Below are positions 11,259 to 24,600 of a stretch of 64,000 nucleotides of DNA, one piece after another; within the stretch, counting starts at the first letter, position 1; each line of letters starts with the position of its first letter. The position numbers and the translations under genes are program-made. The DNA comes from Prorocentrum cordatum (Eukaryota), in the NCBI GenBank assembly GCA_963575745.1, contig CAUYUJ010000336.1, positions 124,001 to 188,000 of the forward strand. The letters run 5' to 3'. The notes below the pieces were generated by a model. It was not told the origin of the DNA, made no database searches, and worked only from the letters and a program-made list of their open reading frames with translations.

Positions 11259-12176
11259 ACGAGACTGCCTACGCTGGGCCACCTCTACGAAACATCGTCC
11301 AACTTCCGCATCGACGGCACGGACCCCAAGAACGCGCCAGACCCGATAGGCGAGCACTTGCTGCCATTCCTGGTTACCGACCCTCTGCACCGCGTCGTAT
11401 ACGTGCCGCCGTGGAATGCGTGGCCGCCCGAGGGCTCGTGGGCTTCCATTTCCTACACCACAGTCTCCACGCCGCTGCCAGTCGACACTGGGGACCCGTC
11501 CCCCACGCCTGCACCAACACCGGTCACATCTGAGCAGGGCCTGGCGGTCTTCGCAAACCCGAGTGGCGTCGTCGCTGGCTCCACCTTCGACGCCGCGGAG
11601 GACGGAGGTGGCTGGGCCGTCTCTGGCAACTTTGCGGCCGCTGGCAGCGATGACGGGGTGAGGCACCAGGCCTTTGCCTGGGGCGCCCTGAGCCACTACA
11701 TCTACGGGGTGGACGAGGTCCAGCACCTCGACTTCGCAACAGGCTTCGATAGGGCCAGGTGGTACTTCGAGGCGCCCCCCGCCATGTTCCACAGGGCCGA
11801 GCTGGCTGGGGCCTACGGCGGGACGCTACGCTTTACGGTGCGGTCCCTGTACGGCAACTTCTCCGAGCTGAACAGCCCTCTCGACTGGGTGACGCTAGAG
11901 TGCGCCGCCTGTAACAGCGGGAGGGGTCTACGCCTGGTGAAGTTCGGGGGCGTCGACGACTTCGCCCCATGGGACGGCCGGGAGCGCCAGGTGGAGCTGC
12001 GTCTGCTCGTGTCGGAGCTCTGGCAGCGGGACCCGCTCAACTCGGCGCTGAACTTCAGCTACGCCACCGAGTGCGACATCGCTGCCGTGCTCCTCAACGT
12101 CACCCGCGTGGCGATACTGGGGGACTTTACTCGAGGAGGCGAGGGTGTGGCCATCGACGATGTGGCGGTGTTGCAG
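11259..12176 (+). CDS. Coding segment 2: rest of Ig-like domain, Pro/Thr linker and laminin B (domain IV)-like domain
   Basis: Long ORF with GC3-biased codons. TRLPTLGHLYETS...HRVVYVPP, then WYFEAPPAMF...AYGGTLRFTV...IAAVLLNVTRVAILGDF...VAIDDVAV, which resembles the laminin-B pattern. Ends at cag|gc, a candidate GC donor. 3' end not located. Confidence 0.8.
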
Positions 12177-12339
12177 GCCCCGGGAGCCGTCATCACCCTC
12201 CTTGTCCTCCCCGCCCTCCGCCGCCTGGTCGTCATCGTTCTCCTTCGGGGAACGCCAACTCTACAACAGCATCGCTCCTCACCGGGCCAATCCTGGGCCC
12301 AGGATTGGTTTAGACGCCCTCCTGGCTGAGCCAACCGGC

Positions 12340-12379
12340 TTCCTCCTCCTCCTCCTCCTCCTCCTCCTCCTCCTCCTCC

Positions 12380-12416
<37 letters not shown>

Positions 12417-12440
12417 ATCATCGTCGTCCTCATCGTCCTA
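12340..12440. repeat. (CTC)n-(ATC)n microsatellite
   Basis: Direct reading. Confidence 0.9.
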
Positions 12441-13553
12441 CCATACCTCCGACGTCGCACCGACCCCAACCTGGGCATGTTTTTTTCCCAGACCATCTGT
12501 GTTGTTGGATCCTCGTTTTGAATCCGCAGCGCCGCGGCCTCAGTGGGGGGGCCGCACGCCGCCACCTGGTCCCATTCTGTCGCGCACACACACACACACC
12601 TCATACGTTTCGTGCCCTTCAGGGAGCTCCACGTACGTCTCATGCGGGTGCGGCAACATGTCGCCACTTCGCTCCATTTCGGTACGCACCTCCCACGTTT
12701 CGTGCCTCTCAGGGAGCTCGACTTACGGCCCCAGTCAGCGCAGGGCTCGCCAAACGTCCGAGAACCTTTTGTTTAACCTCGATCTTCTTTCTGCCACGTT
12801 GAAGCTTGAGGGGCGGATGTAACTATAACAAGCTGCGTGTCCTCACAGGGCGTGCAGTGTGCACGTTTTTTGGCTCCAAGCCAGTCCCTGAGCGTGTATC
12901 CCTTTTTTGGCACTGCTTCACCTCCACATGTGTGTGTCGTCATCTGCGTGACCGTCGTGCATCTCTTGTTCTGCACGCACAAACTGTTTTGGTTGTCCCC
13001 TATCAGCACACGCTCGGTGGTATTCAGGTTAGCGTACCCCGCTAACGACCTCGCTGAGTTGGACCAACCGGCCGCGTAACAGAGTGTGTGTATCGTCGTA
13101 GCAGTTGTCAATGGCGTGGTCGTCCTCCTCCTTTTTCTCTTCCTCCTCGAGGTCTGCCCCCCTTCCCCCCCGCTCTCTCCCTCCCCTGCCCCGCACGGCG
13201 CCGACGACGACGACGTCGATGGCAACGACGACGTTGACAGCGAAGGCGACGTTGACGATGTCGTCGCCGTCGACGCAGTCGCCGTCGCCGTCGCCGACGT
13301 CGACGACGACGTCGACGACGACAACGACGCCATCGCCAGGCAAGCGCCGCGGAGCAGCCGGCCTTCCCCGCCCGGTGCCAGCAGGGCTGCCTCTGCACGC
13401 ACTCGGGGGAGTACTCGCCCCTGTGCTGCTGAGAAGCGCCCGCTCTGCGCGCCCGCGAGCGGCTCCCGCCCTCCTCGCCTCCCAGAGGGTGGAGGCTCGA
13501 TAGAACCGCATGGTCCGGAAGCCGATCTCGGTTTCCAAGAGACCGGCACGAGC

Positions 13554-13743
13554 GAAATGGGCACGGAAAGAGTGGGTACAACGCCTAGCAGCAGTTCCTG
13601 TTCATTTTGAACGGGACTCGCTGTCCGCGCCGCCGCGGCTGTGCCCGTTTGAGACAGAAGGCCGCCTGCCCAACAGCGGCCGCTGTTGGTTTGGGACAAC
13701 ACTTGTTGTTGGGCATTGTACCCATTTTTTCCGTACCCATTCC
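13554..13743. mobile_element. Foldback MITE with ~40-bp TIRs
   Basis: gaaatgggcacggaaagagtgggtacaacgcctagcagca vs reverse complement of ttgttgttgggcattgtacccattttttccgtacccattcc. Confidence 0.7.
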
Positions 13744-14439
13744 GGGCGTCCAAAGAGCTGTGTGTTTTTGATGTCGGGTTCCACGTCCAAGGACACGCAG
13801 TTCTCTGAGGCCGTCTGCGGTTCTTTTGGGAGGTCGAGCTCGACTTGCCCAAACACGCAGTTCTATCAGGCCAGGGAGCCAATGATCTCGTCAAAGGAGT
13901 TCAGTGTGCAGACGCTCTGGTGTCCCATATGCCGTGCAGTTGGGGCGTCTTTACACCGAGTTCTTTGGCCCACCAAACGGCATGGTGTATGCATATGCAT
14001 CGAGCCGCCTCGAGGCTCGAGGTTCCTGGGCTTGCTCGCCGTGTCTGGGCCTGCAGAGGCCTCGTCGTCGCGACGCCTGGGCTCCCCTCGAGATTATGGC
14101 CAGACCGCGCCTCGAGAGAGGTCCAGGGGATGGAGTTCTCAGGGCTCTCATGGAGAAGACACGGGGGTCCTACGGGCAAGGGGTCCTGAGTTTTGCTCTC
14201 CGTTCTCGACCTGTCGGGGCTCCTCCTTGGCTCCGGGACTGTCAAGTCAACGACTCAGAAATCGGGTCGGATGCAGCTGGATTCGGCCTCGCAGTCAGGC
14301 ACTTTTTGGATACTCTGGTGCCTTTCGGCGCTGGGAGGCGCCAGGAAAACCAGTAGTGAGCGGGTTGGCCAATTAACCCACCTTTGCGGTCCCCCCTTTT
14401 GGTCCGACCCGATAGGGCCCGTTTCCTTGAGGACTTCGT

Positions 14440-15460
14440 TCCCTCGTTCTTCGTGTTTCGCCTTCGTCTTCCTCATCCTTCTCTCGCTGGTCCTCGCCGT
14501 CGCTCTCGTCTTCGTCGTCGTCTTCGTCGTCGTTGTCGTCGTCGTCGTCGTCGTCGTCGTCGTCTGCATCCGCCTCCCCGTCTCTTCCTTTTCTTCCGAC
14601 TCCGACTCCTTGTCCTTCTCCTTCCTGGTCCCCTTATACCTCCTCTCTCCCCCCTCATTCCCTGTGGGCAGTGTGGGCGACGGGTCACATGGGAAACGTA
14701 GGAGGCGGAAGGAGGAGCCAGAAGGAAGAGCAGGAATAGCACCCTCCTCCCGCCTTCCGCCCCCCACCCCGCCCGTGCCTCCTCCCCCAGCCCCCGCCCC
14801 TCCTCACCTTGCCTCCCGTTCCTTCCTCGCCCCCGCCTGCTCCCCTCCTTGTCCCCCACCCTCATCCTTCCTTTAACCCGCCACATCCTCCCTTTGCCCC
14901 CCCCCATCCCGTCCCCTTCCTCCTGCTCTCCTCCTCCTCCTCCTCCTCCTCCTCCTCCTCCTCTCCCTCCTTCTCCTCCTCCTCCTCCTCCTTCTCTCCC
15001 TTCCTCCGTTCTCGTTCTCCCTCCTCCCTCCTCGCTCCCCCCTCTTGCTTCCGACATCATGCGCACACCTCCTGCCTTTTCTTTCTTACCTCTCACTTGA
15101 TCCCCGGGGTCCGCGCAGACGAGCCGGCTGCGGCACCCATCCGCGGGCAATGGGCGCACGCCGGGGGCTGGGCCTCGCGCGTGTCGCGCTCGCGGAACCC
15201 GCTGGCCGGCGGCTGGGTCGTGGAGGCCCCCCGAGCGGACACCGAAGAGAGAAGGGGGATTCCTCCACCATCCTCCCCCTCACTCGTCGTCGTCGTCCTC
15301 CTCCTCTTCCTCCTCCTCCTCCTCCTCCTCCTCTCCGCCTCTTCACCTTCACCTTCCACTTCCCTCCTACCTCCTCCGTCCCGTCGCCTCCCCTCCTCCT
15401 CCTCCTCCTCCTCCTCCTCCTCCTCTTCCTCCTGTCCTACCCTCCTCCTTTTTTCTGTCT
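14440..15460. repeat. (GTC)n and (CCT)n low-complexity tracts
   Basis: Direct reading. Confidence 0.85.
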
Positions 15461-15584
15461 CCTGATGGATGATTCCTCCCTGTCGGACCCCGAGGCCAGT
15501 CGGAAGTGCGGGCCTGGAGTTTCGCTTGAGGCTGTCGTGGCTCTTTTGATCCTGACGCTTTAATTGACAGCTGGTTCATAGGTG

Positions 15585-16080
15585 GAGGGCGGCCCGTTTT
15601 CAGATTGTGCCTATCGCATTAGCGCCGCACACATTCGTGGTAAAACCTTGCCAGGGCTTCACGGATTGAGGGCGGCCCTTTTTCAAATGTTGGTTTTTGC
15701 TCTGGCACCTCGCGCAACCATTCTACAAGTTTGCAAGATGTGCACGGACTGAGGGCGGCCTTTTCAAAAGGAGGTTCTCGTTTTATTGTCGCGAATGTGC
15801 TTTAGAATTTGTGAGAGTTTCATTTGTTGAGGGCGGCCCGTAGTCAACACTTGCTCGCGCCGCATCGTCGCGCACATCCGCCAGTACAACTTGCAAACTT
15901 TTCACGTATTGCGGGCGGCCTGTTTTCAAAATGCGGTTCTCGCTGTAGCGCCGCGCACATTCTTTTGCAACGTTTGCAAGAGCTTCACACATGGAGGGCT
16001 GTTTTTTTCAACGTGTGGTTATCGTTTTGGCGCCGCGCACGTTCGTTTGCATCAGTGACAAGATGCTCTAGGGATTTCAT
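15585..16080. repeat. Degenerate ~83-bp tandem repeat, about six units
   Basis: gagggcggc...ttttca...tcgc...gcgccgc.cacatt recurs near 15585, 15668, 15750, 15828, 15911 and 15994. Confidence 0.75.
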
Positions 16081-16334
16081 GGCGAACGTACGAACCATTG
16101 TGTATTGTATATATATATGATCTTCAAAGCGCAACCGTTGCGTGGATTCGTGGTGTTCACGCTGTTGTCTTCCAGTGGGGCATTTGGAAAAGAACCTTGG
16201 AGGGACCGATGAAGAGTGAGCTTGAAGGGGGGATTTGTATTGCAACCCTGTTGATGAGGCTTTGGTTTGCACTGGTTTTCCTCCTCCTCCTCCTTACCTC
16301 CCTTCTCTTCCTTCCCCTCCTCCTTCAGTGGTGG

Positions 16335-16346
16335 TTTTGGCTCAAG
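16335..16346 (+). other. Dinoflagellate spliced-leader relic (3' 12 nt)
   Basis: ttttggctcaag matches the 3' end of DinoSL DCCGTAGCCATTTTGGCTCAAG and sits where low-complexity DNA gives way to unique sequence. Confidence 0.6.
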
Positions 16347-17849
16347 ATGTTTGCTTTGCCACTTGGCACAGCACAGTCTTGCACCCTTCCTGTACGACGT
16401 TGGGTTGTGCGCTGGCGATCGGACGGTAGTCTTTTGTGAGTTTTTCTCGGGACAGTTTGTTGCGCGATGTTTTGGTGGAGGGACGCTCCGTGGCGCGTTG
16501 GGGATGGCGGAGTCCGTGCTCCTCGCCAACGTGGCCGAGCCTGGGTCTGGGAACCAGAGCCGAAACATAATAAGGACCACTCATGATGTGCACAGCGTGC
16601 GCAGGCATGTGGGGATATTTTCGATATGGTCATCGCGACTGCAGCAGGTGTGGCGGCCAATCTGTCTCTGCTGCTGGAGTTCCTGTTCATCCCTGTCCTG
16701 GTGCACATTCTGGGCATGTCGTTCCTGGTGGCGCTGCCGTGCCCATGCCCCCAGATCTTGTCAGGGCCTTGGAGGATTAGGCTGTCCACTATCCTGCTCT
16801 TGCTGGCGTGGCTCGTCAGGCTGCCGCCCGTGTCGCACCAATTCTCGAGGGTGCTGAAGTGGATCTTGATCGCATGGCGGCGAAACAACAGAAGGCCTCT
16901 TGTCAAAAAGGTCGATGTCGCATCGACTCATGGGAAAGTCGCAGCTCAAACAGTTCAGTGGCGTTTGGAAAGGGTACAACGAAGCCTAAGCTACGTTGGA
17001 GTAGATGTAGGTCGACCGTGCCGAGGCTGAGACGGCCTTGGTAGCTGCGCGCGAATGATCGCGTTCAGTTGGCACACAGCCAAGCAACTTCAATCTCGCT
17101 GCGTTCAAGCACGGCAGAATAGGATAGAGGTCCAGGAGAAGATTTGTCAGCGGACAAGGCTGTGGGAGACGCGGCAGGTGCCCGGGCGGTTGCTGGCGCG
17201 CCCCAAGCGCCCGCGGCCGCGGCCCACGCGCCAACCGCCGCAAAGCTGGCGGGCGCCTGCTGGTTATGCCGGCCCTCGCAATGACGCTCGGGATGGTGGC
17301 CCGCGGCGGAGGCGTAGCAGGCTCTTCGGCGTCGTCTACGTTGAGAACCATTTCCATTCGTTGACGACGCCGTCCACGGCCAGCTCGCCCTCCACGCCGG
17401 CATTTGTCTGCCGCGGCGCGAGGTCGCAGGGCGCCGACGTGGGCGACGGTTCGGGCGCGGGAAGCGAGGCTGGTGACAACGACCGGCTTCGTGTTCTCAG
17501 ACGTCGTGATCGGGGGGCCGGGGGCTGGTCTTGGCGGGGCCGCGGCCGGCGAGCATCGACGTCGCTCAAGCCGCAGGTCGCGGCCAAGACAGCGGCCGAA
17601 CGCGCGCGCGACGCAACTGCGACGACCGGCGAAAGGCGCCGCGCCTTCGGCTGCGCCGCCGCGAAACAGATGGCTCCGGCCGCCCCGTCTGCTGCGCCAG
17701 GCAAGGGGGGGTGGGGGGGGGCTGCGGCCAGCGCGGGCTCCGTCGCCCAGCCTGTGGCCATTGCCCGGCAGCCTTCGTCTCAGGTGACCTTGCCTTCGTC
17801 TATTCCCCTGCAGCTACGGCGCCCGAGGTGGGCGGGCGCCGTCTCTGGG

Positions 17850-19660
17850 TTCCTGGGGCTTTTCGCGCAAAGAAGCATTGTTTGCGCGCGCGTTGGCCCG
17901 CGCATTTCCAGGGTGCTCTGAAGGTCACATATGTTTGCGCGCGCGGGGGGGGGGTCGTGGCTGATGTAGTCCAGCCTCGCTTGCGCATTCGTTCGTTCCT
18001 TGTCCACGCCTGAAAAGCAACGGATGTTGGATCGGGCGACTGCCCGTTCTTCCTGGGGGCGCGGGCGAGGAGGTGCACAATCGCTGAATTGGTGGTCTGC
18101 TCCGGCCCATCCGCTGTTGTTTTTGGTGGGAGCTCGTCTCTGCCTCGTGGGCTTGCGAAGGTCATCCGCGGGATTTCGGTTCTCTGGTTCCCCATGGGCC
18201 GTTCCAGCGCGCGTGGGGATGTCAGGGGTGCTTCGGGGATGCTGGACTTCACGTCTGCTTTCGCCATCGCGCCCGCCCCTCGGGCGGGGCCGTGATCGAC
18301 TGCGCGCCCTGGTCACGCGCGATGTATTCATCCCGGTCGGGTTCCGTGGACTTCAGGCATCCCTTTCAATATTCGCGCGCGTTGCGGCATCGCGTTGGAC
18401 TTGGAAGGTCTGGCGGGGCCAGTCCTTTAACGCGTTCGGCCTCGATGGGGCCCATGCGCCCTGGGCCCCGATGGCCGCCGGGCCCCCCCGACGTGGCGGC
18501 GGCCCCTGAACGCCTCGCAGAGTCCCCCGCCGCGATGCTGGCGACGTCTTCGAAGCTATCCCTCCGCGCGCGGTGATGCGGATGCACGGTGGCCCTGAGG
18601 AGCGGCGTCTCACGCGGCATCGCGCCGCGGAGGTGGCGCCGCTGTCTCGCGCGCGCTGGCGGGCGACCCCAGGTGTTGTCTGAAGAGGGCCCGCGCTGCA
18701 GCGGATGGGCGTTTCTACGATGGGTCGCGGCGCGCGGCGCATGGCTTACAGAAGCCAATGCGCCTCTCGTCCTCAGCGGAATTCGCGAGTTGCGCCGGCT
18801 GGCCAGGGACGTCATTTTCTTTTTTTGGTGGTCGGCAGCGCAGCCGCCTTCTTTGCCGGCACGGCCGCCGCGACACATTGTTGGCCTTGCAGAGCGGGGT
18901 GTAGCCCATGCTCAAATTCGAAAGACACGGAGGACTTGGTCGCGGGCGTCACTTCCGGAAGTTGTCAGTTCCGCCCGCCGCCCACTATTGGGCTGCGCAA
19001 GGTGTGGGTTGAGCATTCCCAAGGAATGGCGCCAGCGTGAACGCGCCACAGGCAATGGCGTCGATTGGGGGCGATTGTGGCAATCTTGGTGGGCCCCCGG
19101 CCCCCGGCGCAGCCTCGGGCTCAAGTCCGGCCTGGGTGAGTTGTGTTTGCTGGCAGCTGTCGCCCTCGCGGAGCGCGCGCCGCTGCGCCTCGGGCAAGTT
19201 TCTCGCGCGCGCTCGCGTTTCTCGGCCGGCCTCTGGCGCCGCGAGATTTGACTTGGCGCGCGGCCGCCGCGCTGCGTGCCTTCTGTCCCCGGTTGATTTT
19301 CCATGGGTTTTCAGCCGCCGTGCAACGCCAGCGTCATTGCGACGCTTTCCATCTCGATATCCGATCAGTGGGCCGCGGTCGAGCGTCTGGGCCTTTATCG
19401 GGCATATTGCGCGGAATCAGGGCTTAATGTGCATATTTCTAGTGGAGGGAGCTCTCACTTTGAGATTCTGCCGCGAGAGGGCCGCCCGCGCTGAACTCGG
19501 CTCTTTCCCGCGCGTTGTCGCGCGATGTTAGTCGCGCTTCTGGTTTTTATTGTTTTCATTATCTGCTGATTTCCTGCGCGGGGACCAGGAAGTCTTGATT
19601 CCGGCATCCAAGGTAAGTTCGTGCACTTGGCCTCCAATCGAGGACGATGGGCGCCCAGTG
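17850..19660 (-). pseudogene. Highly decayed Ty3/gypsy-like pol (aspartic protease followed by reverse transcriptase)
   Basis: Minus-strand motifs in the expected order across frameshifts: IGGQVHELTLDAG...PLIGYRD (protease-like), then WPRQTFQVQRD, AKADVKSS..APL, EIPRMTFASPRG and VTFRAPWKC (RT-like). All degenerate. Confidence 0.45.
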
Positions 19661-21552
19661 TGCGCCTGTGCGCCTCTACTGGGCTCCTGGCAGTTTCTGG
19701 GTCTCTGTCGAAGTTTGCGCACGTTTGGGGCCCATTCTGGCGGGCGCAGTCAGAGTGCGCCGCGAGCGAAGTGACGCCCGCGCGGCGTCGCGCAGAGGAG
19801 TCGCAAAGGGACCCGGGGAGATTTGCATGCGTTCCTTTACTAGATCATGCGCCGATGGTGCCGCCCAGTTCTTGCGCGGCAATATTGCCTTAATATTTAG
19901 TTCCCCCCCTGCCGCTCTTGTGGTTCAGAGTGAGATGGTTCTTCTGGGCTGCGCGGTTAGCCCCGAGTCTTTCGCCGCCGCCTCTTCGATGATGTTTCGG
20001 AGGCTCGCGCTGAGTTTTGCGGGCGCGACGCGTCTGTCGGCCCCGCGCCGACCGCGGGGGGGGCGATATTTTCGCGACAGGGCATGAGAAGATATCGGTC
20101 TGAAGATGCAGCAATGTTGCGATGCTTCTTCTCGCCGCTCCAGGAAGTTCGCTCCGCTGGTTAGTCCACGCGGCGCCTCTCGCGATAAGTTCGACTCAGG
20201 CATTCGCCGCGGGGCCCCGGGGCCGCGACGCGCCCGGCCCTCGCAGGACAAATCAGGCCTGTGTTCTCGGCATCTGCGGTCTGGGCTCGGTTGCCCGACG
20301 GACGTCGTGACGGCGCGAGGAATGTTTGGACGGCGAAGCAGATTTCGGGGCCAGTTGCTGCTCTGTCTGGCGCCGACCTGGGCCCATGCTGTGAGCCTCG
20401 CCAAGTTGGCGGATAGCTTCTCCCAGGGCGCGATCCTCTCCGCGTCTCTGCCATCAATGTTCTGTGCCATATCACCTCTTGCGCGCGCGAGTGCTGTTCG
20501 GCCTCCACATTTGCGTCAAGCGACCTCCGCTCTGGGACGGGGGGGCCCTGGAAAGGCGGGGCAACACTTCCTTCCCGCCTTTGCTGGGAGGCCGATCGAT
20601 GGCTTTACACGGATGAGCAAGACTCTCTGTTCATTGCGGCATGGGCGCCGTGCCTGTCAAGATCAAAAACCCTTCGAAGCACCTGGGGCGTGACAGAACA
20701 TTCAGGGCACAAGGGATGCCTGAGGGAGTTGGGAACAAGGCGCCCTGACCAGAGACAGCGCAGAAGAACGCGCTTGACCACAGAGAGAGAACTAACAATC
20801 ACAGAGCTGGCACTCGATGGCCCGCCCACACTGGACAGGCTCGCGGCGCGCTCTTCGCAATCGTTCTCGCTTCCTTCTTCCTTCAGAAAGACGGAAGGCA
20901 AATGGGTCGCGGGGCGGCCGGCCGACCCTGTTGGACACACGACGAAGGTTTGCCTGGGCAGCCTCGCTGTGCACAGCAAGCAACCTACGCAGGCTGGCCC
21001 TAGCGGGGCGGTCGATCGACCCTGTCAAACCATGTTGTTCAAGAGTTGGGGCTGGCCAACTAGCTCAAACACATATTCCTCGCTACCGACGGCGACGCGG
21101 GCCCGGCGGCGGGCGTCCGGATGACACTTTATCCACAAGACCTCCGCCCGACCATAACGACGATCAAATGCCGACCAGATCCGAGACCACAGGTCGAGCA
21201 TCGAACTGGCGGCGACAAGATGATCTCGCGGCAGCCGATCTGCTCTGACAACGTGTAGATCGTCTGAAGAACACAGTCCGCAAGCCGTCGTGTGGCCATC
21301 CAGCTGCGGGGATTAGGCTTGCTGGTCCCTGCTCCAGTTCCAATCGCCAGTCTCCCATGTTATAACCCAAAATCGGTTTGCCTACTGCAATCGGTTGGAA
21401 CCCGTCCGAAGAGAGGATGCCCCCCCCCCCCCCCCCGGCACCACGCACACACACGCACACGCAGACACGCGCACACAAACACACACACACACACAAACAC
21501 ACGCACACGCACGCGCATCTGCACACACATACCACACATACACACACGCACA

Positions 21553-21603
<51 letters not shown>

Positions 21604-24600
21604 TCTCTCTCTCTCACGCTCGCGCACGCAAAAAACAGTAAACGCGATGCTCGCGCCCGGAGGCCGCGATTGTCAGCGAGTTCGACATGCAACGCGAGCC
21701 GTCAGAATTCGACAGGTGGCTATTCGGTCTGCTGCGCAGTAACACGCGATACTGGTAATCGGGCGAGACCAGACCCTGCCACTGCCAGCAGTGAGGATTT
21801 GGTAGATGAAGCTATTACCGCCGACCCCGAAGGCGCATTCTTCACCTGTGGGGCCCCGCCCAGAGCCAACCTACGGGCGCCCTGATCCCCCGCGAGACAT
21901 CATCTGGGATTGGGGCCCTTCCGCGCTCGCAACGCGACGGTGGGCATTCGGGGCCCTGGTGGCTCGGGGGGGAGGCGCGCCGCCGACAGGTCGGCGCAAC
22001 GCGGGCGGTGGACTGCGCGCCTCGGGGAACAAGGTGGTCTTGAGTAGCAGATGGAAGGCGGCGCGTGGAAGTCTTTGTGCTGTTGGGCAGCCCAGTCCAG
22101 GAGATGAGCCGCGCGCATTCCCCATGGCGATCTACCATGCACAAGGCGGTTCATGGCGCCCCCCAGTCTCGGCGCAGGGGAGAGACCGTTAGCGTCGCCA
22201 AACCAGGAGCATCATCCACGCGCCAAGCATCGCACGTCCTTCGATCAACTTTCTGGCCAGCACGCTCGAAAAATAATCGCGCGCAGCGGCGCCGCCCCGT
22301 TGAAGTCGCCGGCGGCCAGCGCCCTTCATTCCGACTCTCCCCAGTCCCGTTTTTCTCACCCTTCCTCCCTCCTCCCCCTCTCTCTTCCTCCTCCTCCCTC
22401 CCCGCCTATTCCCCCGTATCTTTAATTATTCTCTTTATATATGACCTGTCCTGCCGCAGCCCCCGACGGGTTGGTAGGGCTGGCCAGACTTACGTTGATT
22501 GCATACTCATCGCTCATGGTCATGAAGTTTGACATTTGCAGCAGTCATCGGGCTGACGGAGGCTCATTTTCGAAATTGAGGTATCTCTTTAGCGCCGCGC
22601 GTGATCGTTGCGGTTTCGCGCAACAGTTGCGCGCGCGGAGGGCGGTTGTGAACGTGAAGCTCTCGCATTGCCGCCGCTCGCATTCGTCTTGACAGTTTGC
22701 AGCAGTTGCGGAAATAGAGGGTGGCCCCATTTCAAAATTCTTGAGCCCCCCCCTGGGGCCCTTCGGAGCATCCAGAATCCCCCCTGAGCAGGCAACAGGC
22801 CCAGTTCGGCGGCCGAGACGGGCGGCTTCCACGCGGACCAGGGCGGCGGCAACCTGGCCGGAGACCCTCTTGGGGAGAGGCCCGCTGCACCGAACGCGAG
22901 CAACGGGGCGGGGAAAAGTGACGCACGGGGCGCCGAGGACAGAGCCCGGCCTCGCCCCTTCGGAGGGCAACCGGCAGGCCTTGGCGGCGACGCCCACGTG
23001 CAGGAAGGAGCTGCCGCCCCCCCCCCCCCAGTGCGAGTGGGAAGGACACTTCCCCCGCAGGATGCTACGCAAGTTTTGCGGCTGTTGGCTGCTTCCCCGC
23101 GCCCGCCCCCCGCCCGCCTCCTTGCCCCCGCCCCCCGCGCCCCCCCGCCAAAAGACTCCAGTTCTGCGCGACTGTTAGTCGTTTTACTGGCCCTCCCCGA
23201 CCCGTCCCCCCCCGGGCGGCCGGCGCGCGGCTGACTCCCAGCCGGGGGGTGCCCGGTCCCACCCATCGCGTTGCCGTGGCCCGCCGCCCCCCGTCGCCCC
23301 CCGCCTCCGCTGGCGCGCGCGCGCCCCGGTCCGCGGCGCACCCCCAAGGGCGCCTGGGCCGGTGCCAGCGGCGCCGGCGCGGCGCAGGTTGCCAGATTGG
23401 ACTGGCCCCCCCGCGCCGTCACCCTCGACCGACTGAGTGCCGGCAGTTCCAGCCGGGAGCTATCGATCTTTCCGGGCCGCGCCGTTCGCTCTGAGGGTTG
23501 CCGCGCCGACGGGGCGCGCTTTGGCTGGTGGGCGCCTCCCGGAACACTGGGTTTAGCGTTCCCTCTACGCATGGCGATCCTCCCACACGTGAGCTGAGAG
23601 ACGGCTTGCAGCGCCGCGCTCTGCCGCCCACGATGGTTCGCCAGCCTGGCTGTAGACCCCCGTTGCGACGTTCGCTCGCCGTTTCGCTTCATCATGGTCG
23701 ACGAGTACATGCACGACGTCTGACGTTGGGTCCATTATCTGGATTTGGTCACGCTCCAATTCATTCACCATGTTGGTGTGCATCGAGGCCCTCCTCCTGG
23801 TCCTGCTTGGGTTGGCGTGAACTTCCTGTTCTTCTGCGTCGCTTCAGCCGCCTGAGTGGCAGCGTAGCCCGCTCCTGTCGCTTAGGGCCTAATTTAGCCC
23901 GCTGCTCGGTCGCTGCGCGTTCCTGGACGGCGCGCGGCTGGGCCGCGTCGCTCGCGAAAGAACAATTTTCCCCCGCGAGATAAAAGTATCCCCGCCGGCC
24001 CAGTCAGAAACGATGCCCAGGCGAGTTGCTTTGATCAGGAAAGCGGAGGGGTGCGCAGTGGCCTACTGGGGCGTTTTGGGAGCCTCTTGGCGGTCCCGGG
24101 CGCCTCTTGTAATTTCTTGAGTGACCGCTTTGGCGCCTCTCCTTTTGGGGCGTTCTTGGGGGCCTTGGGGCGCTCTTGGAGCCATCTTGGAAGATCGATC
24201 AAACAAGGGGGGGGGGGGGGGATTGAAGTAGCTTTGCTCCTGTAGAGTGCCTAATTTCGTCTCTTGGACCCCTGTTGGGGCGCCCTCGGGCGTTCTTGGG
24301 GCTGCAAGCGAGCAGGCGAGAAGGTAAAAGACATTGACTGTCATTCGTTTTTGGAAAGATTTGTTTTTTTATCGGCCTCCTGAGGAACCTCCGTGGCCAT
24401 GCGGGGCCGTCTTGGAGCGTCCGCGGGGCCTCTTGGAACAGTTTGAAAGCCATTTTAAACCATTCTGACTATCTTAAGCTATCCTGAAGGTCATCTCGGG
24501 CTCCACGGAGGTCTTCTTGGCACCGTCGCGGGCGAGGCTGACAAGTGCCTTCTGACACCTTGCGGGGCGCCCCCATCCAGATCCAGGGTAGGAGGTAGTG

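Noticed and set aside
12177..12329. C-terminal extension of the laminin-B ORF in the ORF track
   Set aside because: Codon bias drops after cag|gc and the sequence becomes low-complexity; probably intron read-through.
15585..16080. Repeat-spacer appearance
   Set aside because: The apparent spacers are diverged copies of each other; this is a tandem repeat.
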